62,245 nucleotides of DNA from Bacilli bacterium (GTDB lineage: Bacteria; Bacillota_I; Bacilli_A; RF39; UBA660): the NCBI GenBank assembly GCA_017418945.1, contig JAFOMI010000047.1:1-62245 (forward strand), read 5' to 3'. The notes beneath the pieces are model-generated. The model saw only the letters and a list, made by a program, of their open reading frames with translations. It was not told where the DNA came from and did not search any database. Positions 61,245 through 62,245 of this stretch are shown piece after piece (the stretch's first letter is position 1; each line of letters starts with the position of its first letter). Made by a program: the position numbers and the translations under genes.

Positions 61245-62245
61245 TTAATCACCTAGCATTATTCTAATTTTACTACCTTCAAGTACCCTTTCACCCTTAA
61301 TTGGAGACTGATATATTATCTTTTTCCCACTACCACTAAATTCCAAAGTAAAACCTTCTAATTTATACTTTATATCGTCATACTTCTTTCCAACTAAATC
61401 AGGCACAGTTAAATACTTCTTATCCCAAGGCTGGTAATTCTTTTCTTTTGCTCCATCTGGTTTCTTTATATTTAACGCATCAATTGAATCAAGTAAAATT
61501 GATCTAGCAATAGGAGCTGATACTGTTCCTCCATATTGAACTACTCCTTTTGGATTATCTATTGCTACATAAACAACTATTTTAGGATCATTTGCTGGCA
61601 TAAATCCAATAAATGAAACTATATAATTTCCTGACATATATCTTCCATCTTTAACTTTTTGTGCTGTTCCAGTTTTACCACCAACTCTATATCCATCAAT
61701 AAAAGCATTTCTTCCAGTACCATTTGTTACAACACTTTCAAGAGCATTTCTAACTTCTTTACTTGTTTCTTTACTAATAACGTTTCTAACTAAAGTCTTA
61801 TCATATGATTTAATAACAGAATTCGTTTCAGGTTCTAATATACTTTTAACTATATATGGTTTATAAAGTTTTCCTCCATTAATTGCTGCTGATACAGCTG
61901 CTATTTGCTGTATTGGAGTTACTGATACACCTTGACCAAATGCAGTAGTAGCAAGTTCAACAGGTCCTACTTTATCAAGTGAAAATAATATTCCAGTTGC
62001 TTCTCCATTTAAATCAATACCAGTCTTTTTACCAAATCCAAAATTATTTATATATTTAAATAATCTTTCTTTACCAAGTTTTTGACCCATAACTACAAAT
62101 CCTGGGTTACAAGAGTTTTCTACTACATTTAAAAATGTCTCATAACCATGTCCTCCTGCTTTCCAGCATTTAATTCTAGCATTCTCTACTCTTATAGAAC
62201 CAGAATCATAAAAATGATCATTATATAAATCAAGAGTCTTTTCTT
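61245..62245 (-). CDS. spoVD: stage V sporulation protein D (class B PBP with PASTA domain), 5' end outside the window
   Basis: The frame stays open to the window edge: IKCWKAGGHG.ETFLNVVENSCNPGFV (SCN motif with SpoVD-type Cys pair), GPVELATTAFGQG, KTGTAQK, PASTA. Confidence 0.88.
   Translation of the reverse strand, partial: EKTLDLYNDHFYDSGSIRVENARIKCWKAGGHGYETFLNVVENSCNPGFVVMGQKLGKERLFKYINNFGFGKKTGIDLNGEATGILFSLDKVGPVELATTAFGQGVSVTPIQQIAAVSAAINGGKLYKPYIVKSILEPETNSVIKSYDKTLVRNVISKETSKEVRNALESVVTNGTGRNAFIDGYRVGGKTGTAQKVKDGRYMSGNYIVSFIGFMPANDPKIVVYVAIDNPKGVVQYGGTVSAPIARSILLDSIDALNIKKPDGAKEKNYQPWDKKYLTVPDLVGKKYDDIKYKLEGFTLEFSGSGKKIIYQSPIKGERVLEGSKIRIMLGD

Overview
A 62 kb very AT-rich chromosomal window from a low-GC, genome-reduced Bacilli/Firmicute. 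The gene content and protein style resemble uncultured RF39/Erysipelotrichia-like Bacilli (inference only). The genetic code is standard, with TGA used as stop. Nearly all genes lie on the minus strand. The window is mostly core machinery: queA-ruvB-tdk-ruvA, obg, L21/Prp/L27, xseAB, nusB, alaS, cmk, gmk, ileS, glyQS, sigA-dnaG, recD2, efp, IF3-L35-L20, a dcw cluster and three tRNAs. It also holds a stripped-down sporulation set (spoIVB, sigK, gerE, gerM, a lone spoIIIAH, spoVE, spoVD) and scattered orphan genes with their own promoters. Highlights not visible in the ORF track: (1) two unannotated double-glycine-leader peptides behind a C39-peptidase ABC exporter; (2) an apparently ultra-minimal glycine T-box riboswitch; (3) Ala and Ile T-boxes with unrelated genes placed between the riboswitch and the synthetase; (4) a yybP-ykoY (Mn2+) riboswitch in front of an SPFH gene; (5) a primary sigma factor with a duplicated region 1.1; (6) IleRS2 with a non-canonical GLHH motif; (7) L20 fused to a Rho_N-like domain; (8) a frameshift-split orphan gene. 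The ORF at 24102..24716 is on the + strand, not the - strand as the track states. No transposase, integrase or CRISPR array was seen.
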